Positions 12,490 to 24,639 of a DNA stretch of 64,000 nt are shown piece after piece (position 1 is the stretch's first letter; every line of letters begins with the position of its first letter). The position numbers and the translations under genes are program-made. This DNA comes from Macrostomum lignano (lineage: Eukaryota): positions 62,001 to 126,000 of the forward strand of contig NIVC01000851.1 of NCBI GenBank assembly GCA_002269645.1, given 5' to 3'. The notes beneath the pieces were generated by a model. That model did not search any database, was not told the origin of the DNA, and saw only the letters and a list, made by a program, of their open reading frames with translations.

Positions 12490-13470
12490 AAGAGAAGAGA
12501 GGAGTGACACGAAGAGGGGAGTGACAAGGAGAGAGGAGTGACACGGGGAGTGGAGTGACAAGGAGAGAGGAGTGACACAAAGAGAGGAGTGACACGGAGA
12601 GGAGTGACACGAAGAGAGGAGTGACACGGAGAGAGGAGTGACATGGAGAGAGAAGTGACACGGAGAGGGGAGTGACAAGGAGAGAAGAGTGACATGGAGA
12701 GAGGAGTGACAAGGAGAGAGGAGTGACACGAAGAGAGGAGTGACACAGAGTGAGGAGTGACAAGGAGAGAGGAGTGACACAGAGAGGAGTGACACAGAGA
12801 GGAATGACACAGAGAGGAGTGACACGAAGAGAGGAGTGACACAGAGAGGAGTGACACGAAGAGAGGAGTGACACAGAGAGGAGTGACACGAAGAGAGGAG
12901 TGACACAGAGAGGAGTGACACAGAGAGGAGTGACACAGAGAGGAGTGACACAGAGAGGAGTGACATGAAGAGAGGAGTGACACAGAGAGGAGTGACACGA
13001 AGAGACGAGATGAGAGATGAGTGACACAGAGAGGAGTGACACGAGTAGAGGAGTGACACGAAGAGAGAAGTGACACGAGGAGAGGAGTGACACGAAGAGA
13101 GGAGTGACACAGAGAGAGGAGTGACACAGAGAGGAGTGACACGAAGAGAGGAGTGACACAGAGAGGAGTGACACAGAGAGGAGTGACACGAAGAGAGAAG
13201 TGACACAGAGAGGAGTGACACGAGGGAGGAGTGACACAGAGAGATGAGTGACACAGAGAGGAGTGACACGAGTAGAGGAGTGACACGAAGAGAGAAGTGA
13301 CACGAGGAGAGGAGTGACACGAAGAGAGAAGTGACACAGAGAGAGGAGTGACACAGAGAGGAGTGACACGAAGAGAGGAGTGACACAGAGAGGAGTGACA
13401 CGAGGGAGGAGTGACACAGAGAGGAGTGACACGAAGAGAGGAGTGACACGAAGAGAGAAGTGACGAAGAG
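12490..13470. repeat. ~15-bp minisatellite (GAGAGGAGTGACACA)n
   Basis: Tandem copies with 15-19 bp variants. Confidence 0.93.
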
Positions 13471-14104
13471 ACAGTAGTCATGAGAAGACTCAAGAGACAG
13501 ACACTTCAGCTGAAAGGGTCAGGCAGTTCAGCTACAGTTCAAATTCGCTTACCTCGAAAACAAAGCCTATGTGGACTCGGGCTGACAGGCAGCGCAGAGA
13601 GCAGCTCCAAGCTGAAATTCCTGACCACAAAGAAAAGATGGCAGGCAACTGCAGCAGAGGTCGGCGTTGATTAATAGCAAATAAAACTGTCAGCTCAGCT
13701 CGGAGTCAGAAAGACAGAGTGAGGGTCAGGGTGCTCTCATTCCTCTCAAACCCAAGATTTCACTGTTAGGGGGGCTTAGTGAGGTGGGCTTGATGGAACA
13801 CTTTGAGCTCTAGTAGATCATGACTGCTTCTAGTAGCTTTTGTGCCAGAGAACTGGCAACACGAGCTCAACAAAAAGCAGAGACCGCTGCGCCAAGCTAA
13901 CTGGCCTGAAGTGGCGCAGTTTGACTCAATAGAAACTGTTTTTAACTTCGAGTATTTGACCTGCTTGCATTGCATAATGGGCCGCACTGCTTGCACCTGC
14001 CCAACTGCTGGAAATGAGAGGAGGATAAACTAGCATGAGCCCCGAAATTTAACTTCATGACAATGCTCTTGTGAACATTTCTATGTCACTATACTGTATA
14101 CCAT

Positions 14105-14830
14105 CTCCTCTCTCTTCTCCTCTCCTCTCCCTCCTCTTTCTCCTCTCTAATCTAATCTTCTCTTCTCTCTCTCTCTTCTCCTCCTCCCCTCTCCATCCTC
14201 TCTCTCCCTTCTCTTTCTCCTCTCCCTCCTCTTTCTCCTCTCTAATCTAATCTCCTCTTCTCTCTCTCTCCTCTCCTCCTCTCCTCTCCCTCCTCTCTCT
14301 CCCTTCTCTTTCTCCTCTCCCTCCTCTTTCTCCTCTCTAATCTAATCTCCTCTTCTCTCTCTCTCTTCTCCTCCTCTCCTCTCCATCCTCTCTCTCCCTT
14401 CTCTTTCTCCTCTCCCTCCTCTTTCTCCTCTCTAATCTAATCTCCTCTTCTCTCTCTCTCCTCTCCTCCTCTCCTCTCCCTCCTCTCTCTCCCTTCTCTT
14501 TCTTCTCTCCTCTCTAATCTAATCTCCTCTTCTCTCTCTCTCTCTCCTCCTCTCCTCTCCCTCCTCTTTCTCCTCTCCCACCTCTCTCTCCTCTCTAATC
14601 TAATCTCCTCTTCTCTCTCTCCTCTCTCTCCTCTCTAATCTAATCTCCTCTTCTCTCTCTCCTCTCCTCCTCTCTCTCTCCCTCCTCTCTCTCTCTCTCC
14701 TCTCTCCTCTCTCTCTCCTCTCTCTCCTCTTTCCTCTCTCTCCTCTCCTCGTCTCTCTCCTCTCTTCGCTCCTCTCCTCCTGTCTCTCCTCTCCTCTCTC
14801 TCCTCTCATCCTCTCCCACCTTTCTCTCTT
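14105..14830. repeat. CT-rich satellite punctuated by CTAATCTAATCT
   Basis: Polypyrimidine units with a recurrent TAATCTAATC. Confidence 0.88.
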
Positions 14831-15354
14831 TTCCCTCCGCTCCCTCCTACCCCCCCCCCTGCTCACACTCCTCTCCTCCGCTGCCTGATCCCAGCCACTA
14901 TTCTGCAATCGGCAAGGAGCTGACGCAAGTGCTATAGCATGCCCCTCCCGCATAATTTGATCCATAATTGCAGGACAAAGAGTTTACAGCTCTCCATCTC
15001 AAAGTTGAGCGGGACGCACCTGCCGCAAGGTTTGCTGGTCTCTGCTAGTGCATCATCAAGCAGGCGGATCTGCCTTCAAGTCAAAGAAGCCGACAGCTGA
15101 TTGGCTTATTAATTATTTTTTACAGAATTAATTGTCATACATTGCACTCAAATTGAGCTCCACATTATCCTCCGTATTAGCCTGCGCGGATTAGTCTTTG
15201 TTCCCAGCCTAGCGGGCTTGAAGGAATAGAGCTTGATTCTACACTGCAATGACCTTGCAGTGACCCTGGCCTACCAATCAACCAGACCTGCAAAGCCTAT
15301 AATAACTCTGAGTCTTTGTTCCAGAATCATCCGCGTGCGTTATTATATAATTAG

Positions 15355-16350
15355 AGCATGTCCCATTCTATCTCATTGCATGTCCCATTCTATCTCATTG
15401 CATGTCCCATTCTATCTCATTCCATGTCCCATTCTATCTCATTGCATGTCCCATTCTATCTCATTGCATGTCCCATTCTATCTCATTGCATGTCCCATTC
15501 TATCTCATTCCATGTCCCATTCTATCTCATTGCATGTCCCATTCTATCTCATTCCATGTCCCATTCTATCTCATTCCATGTCCCATTCTATCTCATTCCA
15601 TGTCCCATTCTATCTCATTGCATGTCCCATTCTATCTTATTCCATGTCCCATTCTATCTCATTCCATGTCCCATTCTATCTCATTGCATGTCCCATTCTA
15701 TCTCATTCCATGTCCCATTCTATCTCATTCCATGTCCCATTCTATCTCATTCCATGTCCCATTCTATCTCATTCCATGTCCCATTCTATCTCATTGCATG
15801 TCCCATTCTATCTCATTCCATGTCCCATTCTATCTCATTCCTTGTCCCATTCTATCTCATTGCATGTCCCATTCTATCTCATTGCATGTCCCATTATATC
15901 TCATTCCATGTCCCATTAAATCTCATTCCATGTCCCATTCAATCTCATTCCATTTCCCATTCTATCTCATTCCATGTCCCATTAAATCTCATTCCATGTC
16001 CCATTCAATCTCATTCCATGTCCCATTCTATCTCATTCCAGTTCCCATCATATCTCACTCCATTTCCCATTCTATCTCACTCCATGTCCCATCATATCTC
16101 ATTCCATTTCCCATTCTATCTCACTCCATGTCCCATCATATCTCATTCCAGTTCCCATTCGATCTCACTCCATTTCCCATTCTATCTCATTCCATGTCCC
16201 ATCATATCTCACTCCATTTCCCATTCTATCTCACTCCATGTCCCATCATATCTCATTCCATTTCCCATTCTATCTCACTCCATGTCCCATCATATCTCAT
16301 TCCAGTTCCCATTCGATCTCATTCCAGTTCCCATTCTATCTCATTCCATT
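15355..16350. repeat. 22-bp minisatellite (TCCCATTCTATCTCATTGCATG)n
   Basis: Homogeneous 5' half, diverged 3' half. Confidence 0.95.
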
Positions 16351-17024
16351 CCTACTTGGCATTGATGCGGATCAATGTCTTACCTCACGCTTGGCAACGC
16401 ATACACAATGACAGATGCAATGCTTCAACGCTGTGACCTCATCCATTTGTGCTACGAGTTAAAAGCCCATCAAAGCATCGATAAGACCTCCATGAACTCG
16501 ATTCGGCATGCTTTCGGATAATCATCTGTGGCATTCTCGAGTTGATGCCACATCTAGCCAGACTCTCTTTGTTCTGAGCCACTTGACTGACAGAATTAGA
16601 GTTCCTTTGTTTTCGGGGAGCACTTGGGGGTGGGGGTTAGGAGGACATAAAGAAGTCACAATTGACAGAGAGAAAGTGGCTTCTCACTATCTCACTATTA
16701 CGTAATCCTCAGATTTATTCAAGCCGATGTGGTTGCCATAAAGCCCACGAAATCTCCCATTGATGGCATGCATCCAGACTGGGATTTAAAAAAGCAAGTA
16801 AAGCGAAAAAACATAACTCAATGCACCCTGTGAGTCACGTGGCATTAAAGTCAATCAGAAACCGCTGACACTCATATGACAATCTCTGGGGGAATGAGGT
16901 GTTGTAGAGGGATGAGAATAGCTAAAATAGAACAATGAGCCCCTCGGATTGCTGCAGTGGGACAACCATGGATGAGAAGGGATCATACAGCTCCGATAAC
17001 AAGAGGAAAGAGGAAAAGAGAAAA

Positions 17025-17860
17025 GGTGGGAGAGGACACAAGAGAGAGTGGGAGAGGACACAAAAGAGTGGGAGAGGACACAGGAGAGAGAGAGAGGGAG
17101 AGGACACAGGAGAGAGAGAGAGAGGACACAGGAGAGAGAGGGAGAGGACACTAGAGAGAGTGGGAGAGGACACTGGAGAGAGTGGGAGAGAACACAGGAG
17201 AGAGTGGGAGAGGACACAGGAGAGAGTGGGAGAGGACACAGGAGAGAGTGGGAGAGGACACAGGAGAGAGTGGGAGAGGACACAGGAGAGAGTGGGAGAG
17301 GACACAGGAGAGAGTGGGAGAGGACACAAGAGAGAGTGGGAGAGGACACAAGAGAGAGTGGGAGAGGACACAAGAGAGAGTGGGAGAGGACACAAGAGAG
17401 AGTGGGAGAGGACACAAGAGAGAGTGGGAGAGGACACAAGAGAGAGTGGGAGAGGACACAGGAGAGAGTGGGAGAGGACACAGGAGAGAGTGGGAGAGGA
17501 CACAAGAGAGAGTGGGAGAGGACACAAGAGAGAGTGGGAGAGGACACAGGAGAGAGTGGGAGAGGACACAGGAGAGAGTGGGAGAGGACACAGGAGAGAG
17601 TGGGAGAGGACACATGAGAAAGAGGGAGAGGACACAGGAGAAAGAGGGAGAGGACACAGGAGAAAGAGGGAGAGGACACAGGAGAAAGAGGGAGAGGACA
17701 CAGGAGAGAGTGGGAGAGGACACAGGAGAGAGTGGGAGAGGACACTGGAGAGAGAGGGAGAGGACACAGGAGAAAGAGGGAGAGGACACAGGAGAAAGAG
17801 GGAGAGGACACAGGAGAAAGAGGGAGAGGACACAGGAGAGAGTGGAAGAGGACACAGGAG
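17025..17860. repeat. 22-bp minisatellite (GGGAGAGGACACAGGAGAGAGT)n
   Basis: Tandem copies. Confidence 0.95.
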
Positions 17861-18719
17861 AGATCAGACAGAGTGGATGGGGATATATAAGTCACAGACA
17901 CACAGCAAGCGGTTCACAGCAGCCAGAAAGGAATATTTACAAGCAGACACAAGCAAGTTTCTTAAGACTGTTGTAACGCATGCAGGTATCAAGCCATATT
18001 GATTGCTTGACTTCGTGAGCGGACCAACCCCAGAGGAGATTAACAATAGCAACTTATTAGACAGCTTATCTGCCGGCAGTTATTGCACAACCGCAACTAA
18101 GGCAGATGAGTAAGAGCATTAAGCCACAGATATTTGCAATCACACGCAATCAGAGACGTTCGCCATTGAGCAACCGACTAACCCAAAATTACAGTTCGCA
18201 GCCTTAGTAACTAAAATTCTAGCTCGGAACTGTCTTTATAAGCTTTGAACAAATAAGCCTACTCAAGCCAGCTCACGATTGAGTCTGACAGTTGAGCAAT
18301 CAGCTTGTCAGCTGGGGCAGCCCCAACCTCTGGCTCAGTCTAACTTCCTGATTGCAGCACAGAATTTATCAGCTGAGAGTATTTAGCCAGGCGATTTGCT
18401 ACTTACTGGTAGATAAAGAGTTGACTGAAATTGTGGTTGTAAAACTGCCATTTGAATTCGTATTCAGTTTCTTTCTGATCGCTTAGAAAATACGCGAATA
18501 ATTTCATTACTCCGCTGTCAGTAGAGCGCAGCGAATGAGAATGCTAAATTTAGGTCTGTCTCAAGGTTATAATTAGCAGTGATAGGAGCTGTAATGGAGA
18601 ATGAACATGTGTTAGATGTTCCAGAAAGATTCATAAAAATCGCTGGCAGAGTATCGCCCTCCCAAGAGATCGCCATTCGACCTCCCATAGAGGGTCGCTC
18701 CAAGAAATCCAATGTACGA

Positions 18720-18995
18720 TCGCCCTCCATAAAAACGCCCCTCCCAGAAAATCGCCCACCAAAAATCGCCCTCCTTAAAATCGCCCCTCCCTTAGAAAAT
18801 CGCCCTCCAGAAAATCTCCCTCCAGAAAATCGCCCGTCCCTTAGAAAATCGCCCTCCAGAAAATCGCCCTCCTGAAAATCGCCCCTCCCTTAGAAAATCG
18901 CCCTCCAGAAAATCGCCCTCCAGAAAATCGCCCTCCTGAAAATCGCCCTCCAGAAAATCGCCCTCCAGAAAATCGCCCTCCAGAAAATCGCCCCA
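18720..18995. repeat. ~15-bp repeat (AAAATCGCCCTCCAG)n
   Basis: Tandem copies with a degenerate 5' flank. Confidence 0.9.
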
Positions 18996-19544
18996 GAACC
19001 GTCAGAACCCCTAGTGGACTGCAGTATATCTGCTGGGTGACCTTGGCAAGATTTGCAAGCCCGGATGCTTCAGATTTTGGCAGTGCATTTCCTACACAAA
19101 CAACTACACTGCGCAGGTGTGTATAGCAGGGGGTTTCTGTTTTGGCAGCCAGTCAGTTTCCAATGGCAACCGCATAAAATTAACCGGGTTGCCTGAATTC
19201 AGGCAAACAGGTCTAAATACATAGAAGTTAAACGCCAGGCTCGCACATGCAGTCACCTTTTTTTCTCGAGTTGTCGCAGATACTACAGAGAAGTCTGAGG
19301 GAATGTCTCTATGGCAACCGTGGCCGCGGCCGGGGCCGGCATCTGCTTGCAGCCTTCTCGACTTGAGTCACCTGGGCCCAAGTTCGAAGCGGCGCTTCCC
19401 AGTGGCGCCGGATGGTTCGAGTTCCTTTGAATATTTGTACTCTTATAAGTGGCTAATTCGAGATATAAAGTTGTGCATTCAATAAAGTGTACATTCATTA
19501 GGTTACGGAAAGTGTTTATGCTGTGTACATTTAAAATCTACGGA

Positions 19545-19985
19545 GGGTGTACATTGTCAAGTGTACATTCAAAAAGCAACAGAGAGTGTACATTGTCAAG
19601 TTGAATTCAAAAAGCAACAGAGAGTGTACATTGTCAAGTGTACATTCAAAAAGCAACAGAGAGTGTACATTGTCAAGTTGAATTCAAAAAGCAACAGAGA
19701 GTGTACATTGTCAAGTGTACATTCAAAAAGCAACAGAGAGTGTACATTGTCAAGTGTACATTCAAAAAGCAACAGAGAGTGTACATTGTCAAGTGTACAT
19801 TCAAAAAGCAACAGAGAGTGTACATAGTCAAGTTTACATTCAAAAAGCAACAGAGAGTGTACATAGTCAAGTTTACATTCAAAAAGCAACAGAGAGTGTA
19901 CATTGTCAAGTGTACATTCAAAAAGCAACAGAGAGTGTACATTGTCAAGTGTACATTCAAAAATGCAACAGAGGGTGTACATTGC
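19545..19985. repeat. 39-bp minisatellite with two TGTACA per unit
   Basis: (GTGTACATTGTCAAGTGTACATTCAAAAAGCAACAGAGA)n inside a TGTACA-rich region 19470-20200. Confidence 0.93.
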
Positions 19986-20200
19986 GTAATGTACGTTTAC
20001 CTAGTACAGCTAGGATGTGCAGCACATCGCGCAGTGTACGAGCTACATTTATTACATTCAACAAAGTACACTTGTACGCTCGTATGTAGGAATGTGCATC
20101 ATTTAATGTACACTCAACAAACTAGAGTGAGGTGCACATTTCTACATTTAAAAAGCTACCGAGATTGTTTGTATTTTATTGTATACATGTACATTCTGAT

Positions 20201-20400
20201 GGGGGGTTGTAGCCTAGAGGTTAGAGTGTCGGACTCGTGACCGACAGGTTGTGGGTTCGAATCTCGGCCCACTTGGAACAATTTGTGTCCTTGAGCAAGA
20301 CACTTAACTCTGAATTGCTTCAGTTAACCCAGCTGTAAAATGGGTGCCAGCATTAGCTGGGGTAATGGAGGCTGTGTGTGGCGACCCCTCCCCCATTTCT
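20201..20400 (+). mobile_element. tRNA-derived CORE-SINE
   Basis: A-box TAGCCTAGAGG, B-box GGTTCGAATC (~20254), then TGTGTCCTTGAGCAAGACACTTAACTC...CAGCTGTAAAATGGGT (20284-20345). This resembles the MIR CORE consensus as recalled. The 3' end is uncertain. Confidence 0.7.
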
Positions 20401-20552
20401 TGGACATTCAACCAACCTGTCTCCCGCAGGTCACATTCCGAACTCCATCGTGAGAGCAGTATACGAACCGTTTGATTCCACGGCAACTATCGATGAGAAG
20501 ACTGAGGTGAATTCAAATCGGCGCATTATACATGTACGCAATATCTAAAAAG

Positions 20553-20573
20553 TGACGTCATTGGCTATAAATA
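20553..20573 (+). promoter_or_regulatory. Compact promoter: CRE (TGACGTCA), inverted CCAAT (ATTGG), TATA (TATAAATA)
   Basis: TGACGTCA 20553-20560, ATTGG 20560-20564 and TATAAATA 20566-20573 are contiguous and lie ~40 nt upstream of the ATG at 20612. Confidence 0.7.
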
Positions 20574-20611
20574 GCAACCCGATATTTATTTGAAAACCGA
20601 AGGACCCAACT

Positions 20612-23600
20612 ATGGCGGCCCTGCGCCGACGCCTGATGCAGGCCCGCGCCGACGCGGCCGCCGATGCCGCCGCCACCGCCGCCAAGGAAGACGACGACTC
20701 GTTCGACGAATTGATCAGCCGATGGAGCTGGGCCGACGATGACGAGGATAAAGACAAAGACAAAGACAACGACAAGGACAACGACAAGGACAACGAAGAC
20801 AGAAGAAGCAAATACTGGGAGAAAGTCGATGTCTCAGAGAAAGTCGAGGCGAAGGCGGAGTTGCGACCGCTCGGAGTCGATTTAATCAGCGCGTTGCCAA
20901 GCGCCACTGGCGATCGCGGAAGCGCCGCCAGCCACGCAGTTTGGTTCGAGAAGCCGGTTGCTAGGCAACAGCCCAAGCTGCCTGACACTGATGAGGCGCC
21001 TGCGGCTAAGGCCAAGGCTGAGAACGGAGAGGGGCTCATTCGAGTGGTGAGTTGTTCTCAACTGTCTCACTCTCACCTGTCTCACTCTCACCTGTCTCAC
21101 TCTCACCTGTCTCACTCTCACCTGTCTCACTCTCACCTATCTCACTCTCACCCGTCTCACTCTCACCTGTCTCACTCTCACCTGTCTCACTCTCACCCGT
21201 CTCACTCTCACCTGTCTCACTCTCACCCGTCTCACTCTCACCTGTCTCACTCTCACCCGTCTCACTCTCACCTGTCTCACTCTCACCCGTCTCACTCTCA
21301 CCTGTCTCACTCTCGCCTATCTCACTCTCACTTGTCTCACTCTCACCTATCTCACTCTCGCCTGTTTCACTCTCACCTGTCTCACTCTCATCTATCTCAC
21401 TCTCACCTGTCTCACTCTCACCTGTCTCACTCTCACCCGTAATCACTCTCACCTGTCTCACTCTCACTCGTATCACTCTCACCTGTCTCACTCTCGCCTG
21501 TCTCACTCTCACCTGTCTCACTCTCGCCTGTCTCACTCTCACCTGTCTCACTCTCACCCGTAATCACTCTCACCTGTCTCACTCTCGCCTGTCTCACTCT
21601 CACCTGTCTCACTCTCACCTGTCTCACTCTCACCCGTAATCACTCTCACCTGTCTCACTCTCGCCTGTCTCACTCTCACCTGTCTCACTCTCACCTGTCT
21701 CACTCTCACCCGTAATCACTCTCAATTGTCTCACTCTCGCCTGTCTCACTCTCGCCTGTCTCACTCTCACCTATCTCACTCTCACATGCTGTTTTCACAA
21801 ATCACTCTTAAAGAAGATTCAATCAAACCATTCCCAAATTTGGTCTCTCGTGAAAGCTTAATCTGTGTAACATTATATTCAATACTACTCCTGGCTAGTA
21901 GTACATACGAATGACACAATCTTCATCACAGGAGGGTTCGAAACGGGCAGTAGAAGACAACGGAGCCGTACCGAAGACCGCCGACACCATCAGGACTGTC
22001 CAGGATGGCGGCGCGTCAGCCGACCTTCTGTCAGACTCCGCCACAGCTTCCGCAACCGTCAAAGCGGCCTCATCAACCACAGACGACGACCGCGACTGGC
22101 ACGGCGGCGTTGTTGGAGTCGAAGTTCGCTACGGCGGCGGCGCTGGAGTCCAGGTGGACGGCAACCTCGACGACTGGGAGCTGCGGCTGGTGGCTGAGGC
22201 CGCTGAACCGGGCCTCAATGAAGCTGGTGACGAGACAGACGGCTCGAGTTTTGCTGGGCTGGTGCGTGAGAAAACAAACTGACTGACTGACTGACTGACT
22301 GACTGACTGACTGACTGACTGACTGACTGAGTGGCTGACTGACTGACTGACTGACTGACTGACTGACTGACTGACTGACTGACTGACTGACTGACTGACT
22401 GGCTGACTGACTGACTGACTGACTGACTGGCTGACTGACTGACTGACTGACTGACTGACTGACTGACTGACTGACTGACTGACTGACTGACTGACTGACT
22501 GACTGACTGACTGACTGACTGACTGACTGACTGACTGGCTGACTGACTGACTGACTGACTGACTGACTGACTGACTAGCCAACTAACTAACTAGCTAAAA
22601 AAGTTGCGATTGAAAAAACAGCAAGTCATTAATTAATGCTTGAACTTGATGTTTATCCAGTCAGGGCCAGTGTCCGCAGCAGTGGCCGACCTACAAGACG
22701 AATTTTGTGCTCCAGTGGACTCAACAGCGGGACCCCCGCCGCCACCGACTTCTCAACGGGGCTCGGCTCAGCGGGTGACTTTGCGCCCAAGCCAGCGACC
22801 CGCTCGAGTGTCTGGAGGCTCGGCTGTCCCAGTAGCCGGCATGTACGAGTAAGTTTAAAATTAGTTTATTCCTAATTAGTATCTCCAACTGCTTGTACAG
22901 TGCTTGCACCTGCCCTGCCGACAGTCTGATGGGCGACCACCGGCTCAAGAAGCTGCTGCTGAGTCTGCCGAAAATCCGACCGCCGGACCTGCGGGCGATT
23001 GCGGCTCGACTTCTGAGGGTTAGGGACAGACGCAGGATCAGGTGACACGGGAAGGGGGGAAATGGGTACTCAGCCTCAGTCACCACTCAAGCAGAGAGTC
23101 TGGAGTTCAGTGACCACACTCACCTAGAGAGCCTGGAGGTCAGTGACCCCACTCACCTTAGAGCCTGGAGGTCAGTGACCCCACTCACCTAGAGAGCCTG
23201 GAGGACAATGACCCCACTCACCTATAGAGCCTGGAGGTCAGTGACCCCACTCACCTAGAGAGCCTGGAGGTCAGTGACCCCACTCACCTATAGAGCCTGG
23301 AGGTCAGTGACCCCACTCACCTAGAGAGCCTGGAGGTCAGTGACCCCACTCACCTATAGAGCCTGGAGGTCAGTGACCCCACTCACCTATAGAGCCTGGA
23401 GGTCAGTGACCCCACTCACCTATAGAGCCTGGAGGTCAGTGACCCCACTCACCCGACAAAAAAACTCACCCGAAAGTCTCTCGGAGATCCAACCAGTGTG
23501 GAAACCCCAACGGCAAAAAGATCAAAGGCAGCTTCCTTGTCCCCAAGGCAATGCATTGAGAAGATCTGTGATCACCTCCGCTTTCCGCAGCCGCGCCTCT

Positions 23601-23945
23601 CAGACTGGCTCGTCGCCGCCGCACTTGGCGAGTGCTTCGGACTTGTCAGTCGGCCTTGATGACGGCTTTCGACTCTCCCGAAGACGCCTGCCGGCTGCTG
23701 CTCAGGAATTCGCCGAAGCGGCAACGTCAAGAACTTCACTGACGGCGGCGCCCGCCTGCGGCGTCTGGGACGATTGGCGCCGCGCATCGGCCGGCTGGCC
23801 TGGACACTGTCCGATGGAGCGGCTGGCCAGGCGAGGCCTGGACCGGACAGTCGGCCTGTCGCCGGTGCCGCACCTGGCGCGAGAGCAGCTGCTGCGCCGG
23901 CTGCAGATGCAGCTGGCCACGTCAGCGACTGCCGGGCGGTGGTAG
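20612..23945 (+). CDS. Five-exon hypothetical protein (~480 aa, acidic/low-complexity N-terminus, more complex C-terminus)
   Basis: Exons 20612-21046, 21932-22261, 22661-22848, 22901-23041, 23591-23945. All junctions are GT-AG and phase-consistent (0,0,2,2), including a 52-nt intron at 22849-22900. The C-terminal part contains DSLMGDHRLKKLLLSLPKIRPPDL and GVWDDWRRASAGWPGHCPMERLARRG. No family recognised. Confidence 0.7.
21062..21785. repeat. 15-bp minisatellite (CTGTCTCACTCTCAC)n filling intron 1 of the hypothetical gene
   Basis: Starts ~15 nt after the donor at 21047. Confidence 0.95.
22277..22580. repeat. (GACT)n microsatellite in intron 2
   Basis: Direct reading. Confidence 0.97.
23075..23452. 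repeat. 33-bp minisatellite (GAGCCTGGAGGTCAGTGACCCCACTCACCTATA)n in intron 4
   Basis: About 11 copies. Confidence 0.95.
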
Positions 23946-23949
23946 CTGA

Positions 23950-24290
23950 GGAGATGGCGGCTCAGGTGGCGGTGATGGCGGCTCAGGTGGCGGTGATGGC
24001 GGCTCAGGTGGCGGTGATGGCCGCTCAGGTGGCGGAGATGGCGGCTCAGGTGGCGGAGGAGGCACGCAGTGAAGATGGCGGAGGAGGCACGCAGTGAAGA
24101 TGGCGGAGGAGGCAGTGAAGATGGCAGAGGAGGCAGTGAAGATGGCGGAGGATGCACGCAGTGAAGATGGCGGAGGAGGCAGTGAAGATGGCAGAGGAGG
24201 AAGTGAAGATGGCGGAGGAGGCACGCAGTGAAGATGGCGGAGGAGGCAGTGAAGATGGCAGAGGAGGCAGTGAAGATGGCGGACTGCAGT
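23950..24290. repeat. Two abutting ~21-bp GC-rich repeats just after the stop codon
   Basis: (GGCGGCTCAGGTGGCGGTGAT)n followed by (GCAGTGAAGATGGCGGAGGAG)n. Confidence 0.85.
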
Positions 24291-24639
24291 GAAATGTCTT
24301 AAAAATTATACAGTGGCTTCATTGCAGAGCAACATGTTTAGGTGCAAGAAATGACCTTCAGATGCTCTGTTGACCTTAATATTTATTTGCTTCCTATTTA
24401 TATCTTGATTATAGCTTCAATATTTCAGTCTCCTGTTTCCGACCTCGCCGTTACCCTTATGCACGCCTGTTCTAGCAACTGATGCAGCAATGGTATTTTA
24501 ATTACTGCGCACCTGTAATTGCATGCTGGAGCTACGGAGGAGAGAGAGAGACTGCTACGAGACTGCTTGTTATTTGTAGACCTCTGCAAAGCAGAGGCGA
24601 GAGGGTCAACAAAAAGTGTTAAATATAGGGAGTCAGGCC

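Noticed and set aside
20203-20272. Possible tRNA gene
   Set aside because: The acceptor and T stems are imperfect, the anticodon loop is irregular, and a CORE domain follows directly, so it is a SINE head.
23774-24224. ORFs with MAAQVAV and PPPEPPS repeats after the hypothetical gene
   Set aside because: They derive from 21-bp tandem repeats downstream of the in-frame stop at 23945. An alternative C-terminus cannot be fully excluded but has no support.
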